From Histomonas meleagridis 2922-C6/04-290x (Eukaryota; Protista; Parabasalia): DNA of 64,000 nucleotides. The first letter of the stretch is position 1. Each line of letters opens with the position of its first letter. Shown here piece after piece: positions 8,606-22,051 of the stretch. A model generated the notes under the pieces. The model was not told the origin of the DNA. It searched no databases and worked only from the letters and a program-made list of their open reading frames with translations. The stretch is taken from positions 186,001-250,000 of the forward strand of contig JAANOX010000275.1 in assembly GCA_020184695.1 (NCBI GenBank). Reading direction: 5' to 3'. The position numbers and the translations under genes were made by a program.

Positions 8606-10084
8606 ATGACTGTCGAACACAAGTTCATGAACGGCTATATACAGTTGCCATTCCCGATAGGAAATTCAATGTCAAAAATATCGTTTTCCATTGAAAATAA
8701 CCAAATTTTTGCGCAAAGAAAAAGTGACAATAAGATGCTAAAGAGTTTATTGGATGCTCTTGATTTAGGACCAAAAGAATTTGTTATAGGAGAGCCAACA
8801 GCTGTAGAACATGTAGTTTCTGTAGAAGTTGATTCAAGAGGTAAGTTTCACAATGTACCAGAAGAACTTGCAAAATATATGCCTCAACAAAGAGTTGCAG
8901 GCGTTGTTAAAAACCCAAAAGCACAAATGTCAGTACGGCCGGAAGGAAGTTTTGATGGACCTTTGCTTATTTCAGAACCACAAAGTTGTGAACATGAAGT
9001 TCATGTTTCAATGAATAGTGAAACTGGACTTACGGGACTTCCAGAATGGATGGAACGCCAACTTCAGAATTCCGGAATAAACAGACAACAGGTTTTGGCT
9101 CATCCTAGTGAAGTTATCCAAGTTATGAATTTTATGCAAGGGTCAACAGAACCAAAGCCAAAACCAAACACACAAGTCACGCCAGTACCTAGACCTATTG
9201 ATGTTCACAGGATTCCAATTGTTGATCCAAAGACAATATTATCTGATATTGAGCAAATTGGTTCAGGAGGCACTAGCACTGTTTTTCGTGCAAAGCTTAA
9301 TTCCACTGGTCAAACAGTTGCTGTAAAAGCTATTGATCTTGCACATAATGAACGACCAATTATCGAGAATGAAATTGAAGTTCAAAGAGCTCTTCGTAGC
9401 GAGAACATTGTTCAAATCCATAGTGTAGTAGAATCAAAAAACTGGCTTTACATTATCATGGAATATATTAATGGTGGTATGCTCACTGATGTACTAACAA
9501 TTTGCAATCTTACTGAGCCTAACATTGCTTATTTTGTCCAGAAGGTTCTTAAAGCTCTTGTTGTCATTCATAAGTCACACAAAATTCACCGTGACATAAA
9601 AAGTGACAACATTTTAGTATCGTTAGAAGGTGATGTGAAAATTGCAGATTTCGGTTATACTGCTCAATTGAACACCGATAACTCCAAACGCAAAACCGTT
9701 TGCGGCACCCCTTATTGGATGGCTCCAGAACTTATTCAAGGATTTGAATATGATTACAAGGTAGATATATGGTCTCTCGGAATCATGTGCATTGAGATGG
9801 CAGATGGTGAACCTCCATATATCGATGAACCTCCAATGCGCGCATTATATCTTATTGTAGTTAATGGTGTTTCAGGGTGTGCGGATAAGTCACAATGGTC
9901 TCCACAGTTTAATGACTTTTGTAGCAAATGTCTCGAAAGAAATCCAGATAGAAGGCCTTCGGCTGAGGAATTACTAAGGCATCCATTTCTTACAAGGGTG
10001 TCAACCAAAAAGGAAATATCTGATGTGATTAAGTTTGCATTAAATGAAAAGAAAAAGAGAGACGCGGAGGCAGAGCCATTTTAA
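8606..10084 (+). CDS. PAK: p21-activated kinase (STE20/PAK family) with two CRIB/PBD-like motifs
   Basis: GSGGTSTV, VAVK, HRDIKSDN, DFG, GTPYWMAPE; CRIB-like IGEPTAVEHVVSV and ISEPQSCEHEVHV...GLTGLP. First ATG at 8606. Confidence 0.92.
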   Translation: MTVEHKFMNGYIQLPFPIGNSMSKISFSIENNQIFAQRKSDNKMLKSLLDALDLGPKEFVIGEPTAVEHVVSVEVDSRGKFHNVPEELAKYMPQQRVAGVVKNPKAQMSVRPEGSFDGPLLISEPQSCEHEVHVSMNSETGLTGLPEWMERQLQNSGINRQQVLAHPSEVIQVMNFMQGSTEPKPKPNTQVTPVPRPIDVHRIPIVDPKTILSDIEQIGSGGTSTVFRAKLNSTGQTVAVKAIDLAHNERPIIENEIEVQRALRSENIVQIHSVVESKNWLYIIMEYINGGMLTDVLTICNLTEPNIAYFVQKVLKALVVIHKSHKIHRDIKSDNILVSLEGDVKIADFGYTAQLNTDNSKRKTVCGTPYWMAPELIQGFEYDYKVDIWSLGIMCIEMADGEPPYIDEPPMRALYLIVVNGVSGCADKSQWSPQFNDFCSKCLERNPDRRPSAEELLRHPFLTRVSTKKEISDVIKFALNEKKKRDAEAEPF

Positions 10085-10152
10085 TTACTTTGTGAGGAAT
10101 GAGTAAATGAGTATTAAAATTATCGTAAAAATGATCGTTCGAAAATATATTT

Positions 10153-11541
10153 ATGAGATCAACTTTTAATAAAATTTGTTGTTCTAATGACGACGATTTG
10201 ATTCAACCATTAAAATTATCAATAAATGAACAAGTGAATAAAATTGTTCAATTATCTGAAGAAAAAAAACAATTGGAAAAAATAAATAAAAATTTGAATT
10301 CAGAAATTAATAAATTAAAAGCATCAAATGAAAATAATGGAACATTTAGTCCGCCAACACTCCCAAGTTCAAGTCGAAAGTATTATAATGCAATTAAATC
10401 TAATCAAAATGATACTGATGAAACACATTCGGAAGAAAACGTTCAAAGCAATGAAATAGAGATAAAAACATAAATGAAACTATATCAGAGGATAACAATG
10501 CAAACGAAATACAAATAAACAACAATAATGAAAATGTAACAGAAACTAAAAGTATTGATGATGAAACTCATACAGAAGATAACGATGAAAAGGAAATAGA
10601 AACAAAAAATATTATCGAAAAAGAAAGTAAAGATAACGAAATAGAAACAAATACTTATAATAATGAATAAGAAAATAACACTCTTTATCCGAAAAGCGAA
10701 TCGTTTAGATCAAATCATCACAACTACGAAGAAGAATCTTCAAATTCATGAAGAATATACTGATTCGCCATTAATTCCCATTCCAAACAATAATTTAGAA
10801 AGAACAACAACAACAAATGTTATATATGAACATTCGCCTGATCTCTTTGATTCACATATATTACAAATCGAAACATTATTAAACGAAATCAAAAAGTTAA
10901 AAGAAGAAAAGAATTTACTTAAGACAAAATATAAAGCGCAAATTGATCATCACGTTTCATTTAATTAGCGTTTTCTTCACACCGAAAAAAGTTTATTCAT
11001 GGGAAGAGTTTTCACAAGAAGATTTAAATGCTGCGAATAGTATAAACGAAGAAATAAAAGAAGAAAATGATAATAACAATAACAATAGTAATAACGAAGA
11101 TACTTTCGAAGAATATCAACAGAAAAAAATAAAAGAAAACACTGGAATTGCATTGACTAAGAATTTAAGGAATTTCTCATTTCATTCGCTCGATGATTCA
11201 CCTTCGCCTTTTTCGAATTTACTTAGCGGACATATCTTCGATAACAAAACAAATGATCTTTCGATTTCACCGACTTAAACTTTGAAATATCTTTAATTAC
11301 AAATAATTTGACATTAATAAACAATAACGAAAACATAAATATTAAACTAAATAACAAAGATAATGAAAACATAAGCATTGATAATAATAATAATAGCGAA
11401 ACTTATAGCGATAGTTTTAATGTTAATAACAACGAAATAATAAATTGCAATGAAATAATTTCATTAGAAGTAAATCTAAATGAAATCAACAAATATTTGC
11501 AAATCGAAAACAATTTTAATGATTTATTTCATGAAAACTAA
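10153..11541 (+). pseudogene. fragmented Asn/Glu-rich coiled-coil protein
   Basis: Consecutive same-strand low-complexity ORFs (10153, 10663, 10943, 11308) separated by stops and frameshifts. Confidence 0.5.
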
Positions 11542-11940
11542 ACATAAATTTCCATCATTGCTTGATATAGATATTAACCAAATTCTTATAGATGAGAATC
11601 GAATTTTATCATCATGACAAAAAGTAATCATAAGAGATCGGAAATTGGTCAAAGGACAGTTTCACTTATCAAAAGTCAATTTCTATCACTTTTTGTTTCA
11701 AAATAAATTTATCTCATCTTTACTCAAATATAATATAGCATTTATATTAAATTAAATCATCAATTATGTACACAATAATATATTATATATACTTGATGGT
11801 TAGATTCAATATCTTTTATCGAGAAGTAATGTTTTTCAAATGTTGATGCGTCAAGAATATTCTGACGAATATATTTTGACAACACCTCACCTCACTGATG
11901 TAAAAATACTTTTATTATAGTAACAATTTTATAACAATCA

Positions 11941-13116
11941 CTAAATAAACTTCGATGGTGGCACAAGAGAAGCCAGCAATTTTTTCTGTGCGATATTAGC
12001 TGACATTGGTCTCAATATTAACTTTGATCGACATTCTCTTGCCCTTGCTTCTGGGGTTGGTATTCTTCCCATATCATGCTCAACAGGGTTCATATTTAGC
12101 ATCTTACCAACTTGATACTTTCTTTTCATGATTCGATAAGATACAAGTTTATTTTCATCCATTCCTTCGGTATTACTTTCTTGCATAGTTTTCAACGCCG
12201 CCAAGTGTATTCTATCCTTTTTTTGTGAGTTCTTTTGCATCAAATGAACCCTTCTTAACCATGGATGATTCGGAAGATCGACAACACGAAGCCTTTTTTC
12301 CGGATCATTGCATAAAAGACCATGTAAAATCTTTCTTGCGTCTTCGGAAATTCCATTCGGGATAACTATTTCTTCTCGAACGATTTGTCCAAGCGCTTCA
12401 CAAACAGAGTTCCCGTTATACGGAAGTTTGTTAAAGAAGAGCGCATAGAGAATAATACCAAGTGCCCAAGAGTCAACTTTTGTGGCGTCATAGCTCTTGC
12501 AAAGAAGAATCTCAGGTGGTTCATATTGAACAGTTCCACATACAGATGATGTAAATTCACCTTCTTTGAACTCGCGTGAACATCCAAAATCGGCTAACAT
12601 AACACGACCATTCTCATCTAGAAGAATATTTTCAAGTTTGAGATCACGGTGAACATAACCATTAATATGCATAAAAGAAACAGTCTTAACAATGGAATAA
12701 AAAAAGCGCTTGATTTCATATTCTTGTAGATGTTTGTGTGTTGAAATGTATGAATATAAATCACCTCCTTCAGCATACTCAAGAATAAGATAAATTCCAT
12801 CTATTACATCAAGAGCGTCGTAGAGTTCGGTTATATGTCTATTTTCGCCAAAAAATCTTAAGATTTTGATTTCACGCGCTAGTGCACAAACTTGCTTGGG
12901 ATTTGTCAATTTAGACTTATATATGGTTTTCATAATTACACTTTGCCCTGTTTCAATATGTGTAGCAAGACGAACTGTTGAGTTTCGTGATTGATGAATT
13001 ATTTTCACATAATGATATTGACTTTGAAATTCTTCAAATGACAACGTCCTTACAAGCCCATAGAGTTCACTAAATAATGGGTCAGCCTGTTCAATAGGAC
13101 GCCACAGGTTCATCAA
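11941..13116 (-). CDS. CAMK-group (SNF1/MARK-like) Ser/Thr kinase
   Basis: HRDLKLEN, LADFG, CGTVQYEPPE, DSWALGIILY; 391 aa, intact. Confidence 0.9.
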   Translation of the reverse strand: MMNLWRPIEQADPLFSELYGLVRTLSFEEFQSQYHYVKIIHQSRNSTVRLATHIETGQSVIMKTIYKSKLTNPKQVCALAREIKILRFFGENRHITELYDALDVIDGIYLILEYAEGGDLYSYISTHKHLQEYEIKRFFYSIVKTVSFMHINGYVHRDLKLENILLDENGRVMLADFGCSREFKEGEFTSSVCGTVQYEPPEILLCKSYDATKVDSWALGIILYALFFNKLPYNGNSVCEALGQIVREEIVIPNGISEDARKILHGLLCNDPEKRLRVVDLPNHPWLRRVHLMQKNSQKKDRIHLAALKTMQESNTEGMDENKLVSYRIMKRKYQVGKMLNMNPVEHDMGRIPTPEARARECRSKLILRPMSANIAQKKLLASLVPPSKFI

Positions 13117-13319
13117 AGGAAATATGGTGTAAAATTATCAATTTTTTGAGGATCTGCCACTTTTTATTACAATTTCAAGAACAATAACGTTTTTTAACGT
13201 TCAGCAATTAAACGGATCAAGATTTATCTCTAGAATATTCTAAAATTTATTCTAAAATTTATTTCACTAATTGTATATAATTATATAATTATCTAATTAT
13301 ATAATACAGAGAAAGGAAT

Positions 13320-13640
13320 AACATGAACCCAGATCAACCAATATTATTATTTTTATATTCCCATGTAGCAAGAAAGAATACAAAAGATATAAAAAATTTC
13401 CGAAAAAATAATATTATCGTATGCACTTTTCCAAGATATTTAACATTATCCAACTATTTGATCTTGTGATTGCAATGATAAAAGCAACTAAAAGGTTTTC
13501 ATTGGCAAGCAAATTAATAACATCTGATGATGTTTATAATTTGCTTAAAGAAAGAAAATCAAAAGAGTCAAAAGCACTTCAAAATTTTGAAATTTAACAT
13601 TTGAAAATTTGAAATAACAGCTGTTTCGTCACTGACGGTA
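13320..13640 (+). mobile_element. pogo/DDE_1 transposase C-terminal remnant
   Basis: Degenerate DQPILLF...NNIIVCTFP...IQLFDLV resembling DDE_1; possible terminus ...CACTGACGG|TA at 13638. Confidence 0.45.
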
Positions 13641-13771
13641 TACAAGAAAAGTGAAAATCGTATCTATCTCAAACCATACTAAAAACAAATCACATCAAGA
13701 ATAAGTCGTATGAAAAAAAAATCAAATACTAAATAAAACAATACATATTATAAATTCTGAAAAAATCTTGT

Positions 13772-14950
13772 TTATTTATTAAAAATCACTTTCTGCAACC
13801 CATGCCAATTCGATTGAAAATCGATACACAAAAATAGATTTTCCATTAAGGTTCCCGGTGAACCATTAATTGATCCCCTATTAATATCTAAATTTTGTAG
13901 GAGCAAAATTCTACAATTTGGTGCTATATGAAGATGAAATGGAATAATAGATTTTATCAATCTCTTTTTCATGACACCATATAAGATTCCAATTTTATTT
14001 ATAAGCTTGATATATGCGAGCTGTTTGACTTTGAATTTCACGTTCGTGCTCCATTGGAACATCATAGTCATTCGGATAATATGAACATTTTTGATCGATG
14101 ATAAATTTTGCTTGTATATTTTTGATTTGAATATGATCTCCATTTAATCTTCTTAATAGGATTGCATTATAATATTCATTTCCATCTCTTCTCGATTAAT
14201 AAAAGTGATGACCATTCCATCCATATTAATCCCCCCTACACTATTATCTATTGTATGAATTACAGTGTCAATTGTTTCGGGTATAAATCTCTGTTCTAAT
14301 AAATTCATTATATATTCATATAAAAATATGACCCAATATAAATTATTTCGAACATATGTTATATATTTAATTAATTAAATGAAAGTATGTTCATAAGGAT
14401 TATGACGCATGACAATATTTAAATCGAATCTATTAAATTCTATAAAAAATTTGCTTTTGTAAAATAGTTCAATCCATTCGGAATAATCATCATATGTCTT
14501 AGAAACTGCAGGGACTTGTGCACGGTCTTCAAAAAACAAAATACTTCTACCACCAAAAAAATAAATTTGGATCATTTTTTTGTGACAGATGTCATTGTTA
14601 CTTCGTCTATTGTGGTGAATTTATCCCAAATGCAGATTTAAACAGTTCTTCCACCACATATATCTTTCGAAATCAAAAGTTTCTTGATAGCATTAATTAA
14701 AAAAGTTCTCCCTGTACCTGCTTTGCCACTTATAGAAGCTTCAATTTGAATTCAATTTTGTATTCGACTATTAATTTCATTAAAAACGAAACATTGATCA
14801 TTATTAAATGCATTAATAATTGTAATAAGCTCGTTAGTTGCATTGATTTTTGTTGGGGGATCGAATGAAAAATGAATATATTTATTGATAAAGGCACAGG
14901 TTCATGAGCAAGAGATGGAATAGAATTATTCATTATTTGATTATACAATT
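13772..14950 (-). mobile_element. Helitron-type PIF1 helicase remnant
   Basis: ISGKAGTGRTF (Walker A, ~14703-14730) and FGGRSILFFEDRAQVPAVS; many lesions. Confidence 0.7.
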
Positions 14951-15727
14951 TAATACATCAATAACATTATCTATTATTCTTTTTTGTTCTATTGATACTT
15001 CATCTTTCAAAGAAATTAAATAATTAGTCATATCTTCATTTATTTTTATTAAATGATGATATTTATTTATGAATTTTCATTAATAAAAATAGTCGGGAGT
15101 GGAAATTTATTGCATTTTCGAAAGTTAATATAGTTATATATAAATTTTGATTTGATTTATATGAATTTCATGTAACTTATTTAAAGGGTTAACTATTCCA
15201 ATGGTTCGATTCAATGATTCTATATTTTTTTGACTTTTTTTTACGGAATGCTTATTTTTTTTCATATTCTAAAAATAATAACAAAATAATTAGGTAAATC
15301 ATAAAATGTTTGTAATTATTTGAATACTTGAATAAATAATGAAAATATTCTTATTTTTGTATTAAATAAATTCAATGACGATATGAAATTTGACAATAAA
15401 TGCGAACAGACATAGGCAAAAAAATCATGTTGTGAGATGATAATTATATACAATTATACATTTTTACTGTTCATATCATAATGTATTTTAATTTAGTTTG
15501 ACATATTTATGATAAGGTAAAAATTATTATGGTTGTTATTTTTTTATAGAAAAATATTTTTAATATATTTATGCATATTTTTTAAAATCATTTTTTTATT
15601 AACATTCAGATTACTCCAAAAAATTATACAATAATATCCTATTATTCGTTTTTCATTATTATAAAAATTCAGCATTAATTTATAAATATTACAATATGTA
15701 TACTTTATTATTTTGAAACATTATTCA

Positions 15728-17200
15728 TTATTTAATACTCATTATTTTTTTATATGCTTTATATTTAAATTTTGCTTTGAAGTTCACATTATTTATATTT
15801 TCCTTATTGTTATTAGTTTCGACACCCCATAGTTTGGAAATCTCCATAAAAGTTTCTATCAAATTTAATAAGCATCCTTTAATGTGATATATATTTTTGA
15901 CTAATTCATATATAAAATCACATTCTTTAATATTTTGTTTGGAATAATTATATTCATCATATGTTTTTTCATATAAGTATACAGGTGCTTTTGAAGAAAA
16001 CGACCAAGAATCAAATGATGGATGTATTTCAACAAAATTTATGTCATTATTAAAGACTGGAAGTTCAAGATTTTCAAAATATAAACATGAGCATTTTATA
16101 GTATGTATGCAAGGAAAATCATTAATTCCGATTATATTTGAATATATATCACCCCACAATTCATATAACATGTTTCACATTGAACGATTGAAGATTGTTG
16201 TGCAACTATCTTTAAATTGCAAAGTAATCTATGAGTTTGTTTTTCTGAATTTATTTCAAAATTATTATAAATATCATAAATTGTATCTAAATCAATTTGT
16301 AATCTTCGATTAATTTTGTGAAATCGGAAAACATTCACATTCATTTTTTTGTGCAAACTTTCAATGTGATTTGAGCATGTTGAGATTCCTAATGTCTATT
16401 ACATTAACTATTTCGATGATTACTACTTTTTGCAATAAGATTATTATTCAATATTTGTATATCAAATATTTTCCCAAATTTCATAATCGTTTTTGTATCG
16501 ATTTCTTCATTAATAATGAGTTCATTAACATCTGCAATAGATTGAACTAATTAAATCTCATAACTATCAATATTAGGTTGAGATAATAATCTTACCACAA
16601 TTTGTGCGATAAAAGACCCCGAACCAATTTTCTCAATTAAATGCATATAACATAAAAATTGTTTCTAATCTAAATGATTAACAAAAGATTCAATAGCACT
16701 CCCTTCATCAGATAATACTGGTAAATTATTTATACGATCAGAATTAGTAATTATTTTTTATACATAGATAAGTGAATATAAATTTTTAGATTCCGATGGA
16801 CCTAAAATAATTATCGAAGAAATCGATACATTATTGAATATTAAAAGTTGTATTGAATACACATATGGACGTAAAGCATAAAACGAAGCATCTATTCGAA
16901 TATAAAGACAACCACCATCGATAGATAGAAATCCTGAATCTCCAGGTAAAATTCAAATGAAGCATTGAACTGGTTAATTTTCATATACTAATAATAAATT
17001 CTCGATATCTGATTTTTCTTCATATTTATATATGAAGAAAAAACCACTCCTCGAAAAAATAATTTTCTCCGAACTTGAACATTTCGTTTTTTGATTCGAA
17101 AGTTTATAATACAAACAATTTGAAAAAATAATTTGCCTTAAAAAATGTTTTAAAATTACATTCGAAGTATTTTTATATATTATTTTGCCAATCATCCGAA
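15728..17200 (-). mobile_element. MULE transposase remnant
   Basis: IDASFYALRPY (16864-16896), SDEGSAIE and SNHIESLHKK; paralogous to 19947-20548. Confidence 0.65.
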
Positions 17201-17949
17201 GCGGATGAATTATTTGGAAATTTTTTTTATGATTGTTAATTATTTCTTAATCCAATGGAAACACAAATATAAACTTTCTGGAAGAATTATCTGTTTCTTC
17301 ATGAAGAAGGTCGATTACATGTTCGCATAAAATTCTGCAGCCTATTGTTCCTGTTTCAGAGGTTTTTTGTAAATGCAATTTGAAAATTATTTGATCACAT
17401 TTGGAACATGATATCGAAAAATTGATATCATTATTTCGTCTGATGGTGTGCTATTTACATGTAATAAATAATGGTAAATTTTGAATAAATTTTGTAATAT
17501 CGAAATATGTTAAATAAAGAGAACCTGGAAATTCTAAAATGAACAATTGCTTGTGAAATACAGTATTGTCATAATTCTGTCTTAAACCTAATTGAAGGTA
17601 AATGCAGCCTTGTTCAAAGTTCATATGATAAAACTAAAAATGTCAAAAAAAGTATGCCAATTGACTCGAACCTAGTTATCATTTTCTCATAATAAAGAAA
17701 GCCCATAATTGCTCAACGAAAGTCAAGTGAAAGTTTTTGATGAATGAGCAAATCGTTGCAAATGGGTTTTCGAACATGATGGATCCTATTTCATCAGTGA
17801 TTAATAAAAAATCACTAATTTTAATTAAAATCTCATATTCATAAAAATTGCGCGAAATAACCGAACACCCTATACCTCTTGCACCATTTATAAGGTTTTT
17901 TTTATTAATATTTTTTAGAAGCCTAACTCTAGCATTAATGCAAAGTGAT

Positions 17950-19300
17950 AAAGATCTTTGAACTATACAATTTGTATACTATAATATTGAGGCTCCTGAT
18001 AGGATTCTTATTTCAGAATCATAAGAAATTCTTGTTTCATATATTTCTCTATGTGTATCTAAATTATTTTTTGAGATCTTCAACAAAAGGATCTGCAATA
18101 TAAGCATTTTTAACATTAGTTTTAAATGAGCATCAATAATTACTAATTCTTCAGCACTTGCTCTTTTGTGGAGAATTCGATTATTCTAATCATTAACTTC
18201 AATATTTTTATAACATATTACCATTCCATCAGGATCACCATTACCTACAAAATTATCAACTATATCATATTGATCGACTGAATGAATATTTTTTAATTAT
18301 CTTGATCTGGGAATATTTAATAATTTTTGACTTAATTTAGTATTCTCTTTATAAGTTCTTATTTGATCAAATAATTGATAATAGTTGTATTTGATCAGAA
18401 TCTTGTCTTACGACTTTTTCTGAAAAACAAATTTGAAAATAAATCGCAACATTAAATATTAAAAAATTGAAATTGTGATTCTTGGAAATCATCATTTAAA
18501 TTTGATACTGCAGGAACTTGTGACATGTCACCAAATAATAAAACATTACATCCACCAAAAGTATTATTAGGATTAGGCTTTTTTACTACTAAAGCTAATG
18601 TTTTTGATAAATTTTCAATTAATTCTTAAGCTGATTTTGATAACATTGTTATCCGATCAATACTAATATATTTAATCATATAGATAATACAACACCTCTT
18701 TGGTTTTGAATTCTAATCCCAGAAAAACAATCATCATTAGTATTTAAATATTAAGCGAATGCAGAATGAGCTGTTTGTCCATCAATTAAGCTAGCAGCTA
18801 TGCTAAATCAATTACCTTTTGCCTGTTTTAGTTTTATTTTGAACAAATAGTAATAAATGTAAGCCTTTATTAATTGAAGTCATTCTTTTGGTAATTACAT
18901 TTAATTGATCAAAATTACTTTGAATCATCGGCCGAGTATTTTCTAAGTTTTGAACAGCTAGATTATTTTCATCCCATGTAAAATCACATGTAATGTAATT
19001 TTCATAATTTTGTTCTTCGATAGAATCCAAAGTATTTATAATCAAATTAGGTTTAACTCCTTGAGATATCATTGATGTCAATATAATAGAAATTTCAACA
19101 TCATTTTATCTAATTCGATTCAATATGAATTGGATGAATAAAGGAGAAATTACATCATCTTCTGGATCATGAGGAGGAATGATTACATGATATTCAAGAG
19201 CTCCAACCCATGCATTTGAAACTGATATAACTTGTTAGTTGTAAGTTTTTATATTTTTGAATTCATCATCTTCTATAAGAATTTCAGCACTGATTATATC
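17950..19300 (-). mobile_element. second Helitron-type PIF1 helicase remnant
   Basis: Degenerate Walker A (~18815), IAASLIDGQTAHSAF, FGGCNVLLFGDMSQVPAVS. Confidence 0.7.
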
Positions 19301-19946
19301 ATTCGGTGATAAGTGATCAAGATTGAGCTCTGATGCAAAAACTGGAGGCTTTAGATTGCTGAGCTCTTTTTTTGTGTATATAATGAAAAAAATTGAATGA
19401 ACTCATAGAAAATATACACAATATGAAAATTTTGACGATGCATGCTTTTTATTACTTAATGTGAAATTTACTCCAGTTTTTCGAAGGAACCCTTAAAGTC
19501 GTTTTATTGCGGCTTAAAGATATTATTCCCGGTACTCTATTTACATTAAATAACTTAATTTGTACACACTCTTCATTAATAAACTCTCTTTTTTCATCAT
19601 CATATTCACTTGATATGTTCTCTTGTACTTTTAAAAATATGATGTCACTATCACAATCTTCAAATGATATTATTTCGTTGTCATTACTAATCATTATGTT
19701 TGAATTCCAATCTGTACATTTAGAAATATAATATTTATATCAAAACTAACATAAAATGATATTTATTATATCAGATAGAAATTTAACGTTAATCATCCTC
19801 TGATGATGATCGGTAAAAAAATCACAACCTCACGGAAAATGACATTTTAAAGTATTTTCTATAAAAAATTATTTACTCGAGATCGCATGAAAATAGGATA
19901 TTAAGAAAAATCAATCATTGTAATATAATTTTAGAAAATTATTAAT

Positions 19947-20548
19947 TTGACTCGTAAATATTATTTTTATTATTTATATGATAATATTATTTATAATAAA
20001 TTATTTATATACCAAAATTGTTCTGTTCAATGCTTTGTCTGGATTTCATGTCGGGTTCAAGATGTAATTCACATTGGGTCATATATGCAATTAGATGCTT
20101 CTTTCTATGCGCTTAGACCATATGTCAATTCAGTTCCATTATTAATTTACAATAATGCTTCAATCCCATTATATGTCGTAATATTACATCAGAATCCAAA
20201 AATTATTATGAAATATTTTATTCATGCTTGGAAAAAGTTATTGGTTTTAATATCCTGACCGTAATCTCAATTTTTTCTGATGAAGGGAGAGCTATAGAAT
20301 CTTTGTCTAAAAAAAGAAACTTAATACAATTTATATATTACAGGCACCTTTTGGAAAAGATTGGTTCTGGTACATATATAGCTAAAATCGTTAAAAGGCT
20401 TTTATATATGCCAACACTTAAAAGTTATCAAAAAGAATTGCTTCAGGCTATTTCAGATGTTAATGAACTAATTCAGAATGCTGAAATAAGTTCAAAAACA
20501 GCAAAGCAATTTGCAAAAATATTTGAGCTAAAATTTGAAAATGGTTAA
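19947..20548 (+). mobile_element. MULE transposase remnant
   Basis: QLDASFYALRPY, FSDEGRAIE, YYRHLLE (CxxH-like); same family as 15728-17200. Confidence 0.65.
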
Positions 20549-20799
20549 CTTATTGCTAATGAATCATGTGATCATAAAAATGGAATATGGAATAGAGAAA
20601 TGATAGGGATCTTATGGGCAAAATTAAAAATTATTTCCTAAATTTGAAAACCGAGCTTTCAGTTTGATTTTCGTTCGAAAATCAAAAAAATTGAATTTTT
20701 TTACGGTTAGATCGGATCATTTAAATACGTCATAATTATGATATAATACTCCAAATTCAATTTAAAGAAATTTATAATTTTCCCAGTCAATCATGATAT

Positions 20800-21100
20800 T
20801 TGGGGTAATTTCATGTGATTATGAGAGCAAACTCGTAATAACTGAAAAATTTGTGAATTTAAGCAAAATGGATAAACCTGATTTCATCAATAGGATGAAT
20901 GAACTTCATGGAAAATTAGATTGGGTGTGCCACACATCTGTTGTTTCTATTTATTAACTGAAAAAGAGACTCGATGTGATTACTGATTGGCCACCCAACT
21001 CCCCCGACTTAAATCCCATTAAATTATGATGGCGATAATTAAGCGTATTAAAAAATGCTGAGTACTGTGAAGAGAGGTTTAATAATCTGTATCGTCATAA
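20800..21100 (+). mobile_element. Tc1 transposase C-terminal remnant
   Basis: DWPPNSPDLNPI at 20985-21020. Confidence 0.6.
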
Positions 21101-21576
21101 TGCATTTATTATTGTGAATATTTTCTATTATGAGTCTATTCAATTTATAATATCGTAAGAAGAGAATAACATCACAGATTCTAAAGCTTTCATTTATTTT
21201 ATCAGATGAGATTTCGTTTAATAAAACGATTTCGACTGATTGTTTTTCAAGTTGCGGAAAAAAAGCAAAAATTGAGGAACCTGCTTTTTAGTTAAAAATA
21301 AATATCATAATCAAATTCTCCATATGTTATAACATTATATTCGATAAATTTTTCTTTTTCGTTATGCCATTTTTGAATGAGTATTCAAATTATTAGGAAT
21401 TGTGAAAAAATATTACCTATTCAATTGTTATATATACTTCCTATTTTCGTCGAGATAATCCTGATAAAATATAAAATGTCAGATTAACAAAAAATGATAT
21501 TTGAAATTTGTAGGCATATATTGATCAATTTTTAATTATGTGTGGGTAACTTTTGTTCATTAAATTCACTTTATAA

Positions 21577-21675
21577 AATGCAATGTATAATAGATAATGT
21601 AATGCAATAAAAAATCGATAATGTAATGCAATGTAAAATAGATAATGTAATGCAATGTATGATAGTTAATGTAAT
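21577..21675. repeat. minisatellite, ~24-bp unit AATGTAATGCAATGTAAAATAGAT x~4
   Basis: Tandem copies read directly. Confidence 0.85.
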
Positions 21676-22051
21676 CATCTAGACCAAAAGTCGTGCTGCT
21701 GATGACTTTGATTGCTTGAAGGAATGGATCACGACCACTTTTTCATATGTTATACATGTGATCTAAATATATTAATAATTTGATTATGCTTGCAAATGAT
21801 GTTTTGACATCTTAATATTGTATCTGAATGAAATATATGTCAAAATTAAACCATAATAATTTCCATCTATTGACATTTCCTAATTACACTCATATTATTT
21901 TTGACGAAAAACATAAATTATTTAAATCCATATAGAATAAAAATATTTTCTCTGAATTTCTTTCTTCTTTCAATTTTTTCAATATTAAACAAAAAGTCGT
22001 AAATAATTGTGTAACTTCCGACTTTTTGAATTCAAAATATCGTGAAAAATA

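Noticed and set aside
18523-18535. GTGACATGTCACC matching the MULE TIR palindrome at 49609
   Set aside because: It lies inside the helicase FGDMSQ codons and is likely coincidence.
21577-21675. Repeat arrays as a possible CRISPR
   Set aside because: No unique spacers, no cas genes, eukaryotic context; the same applies to the arrays at 24335 and 57960.
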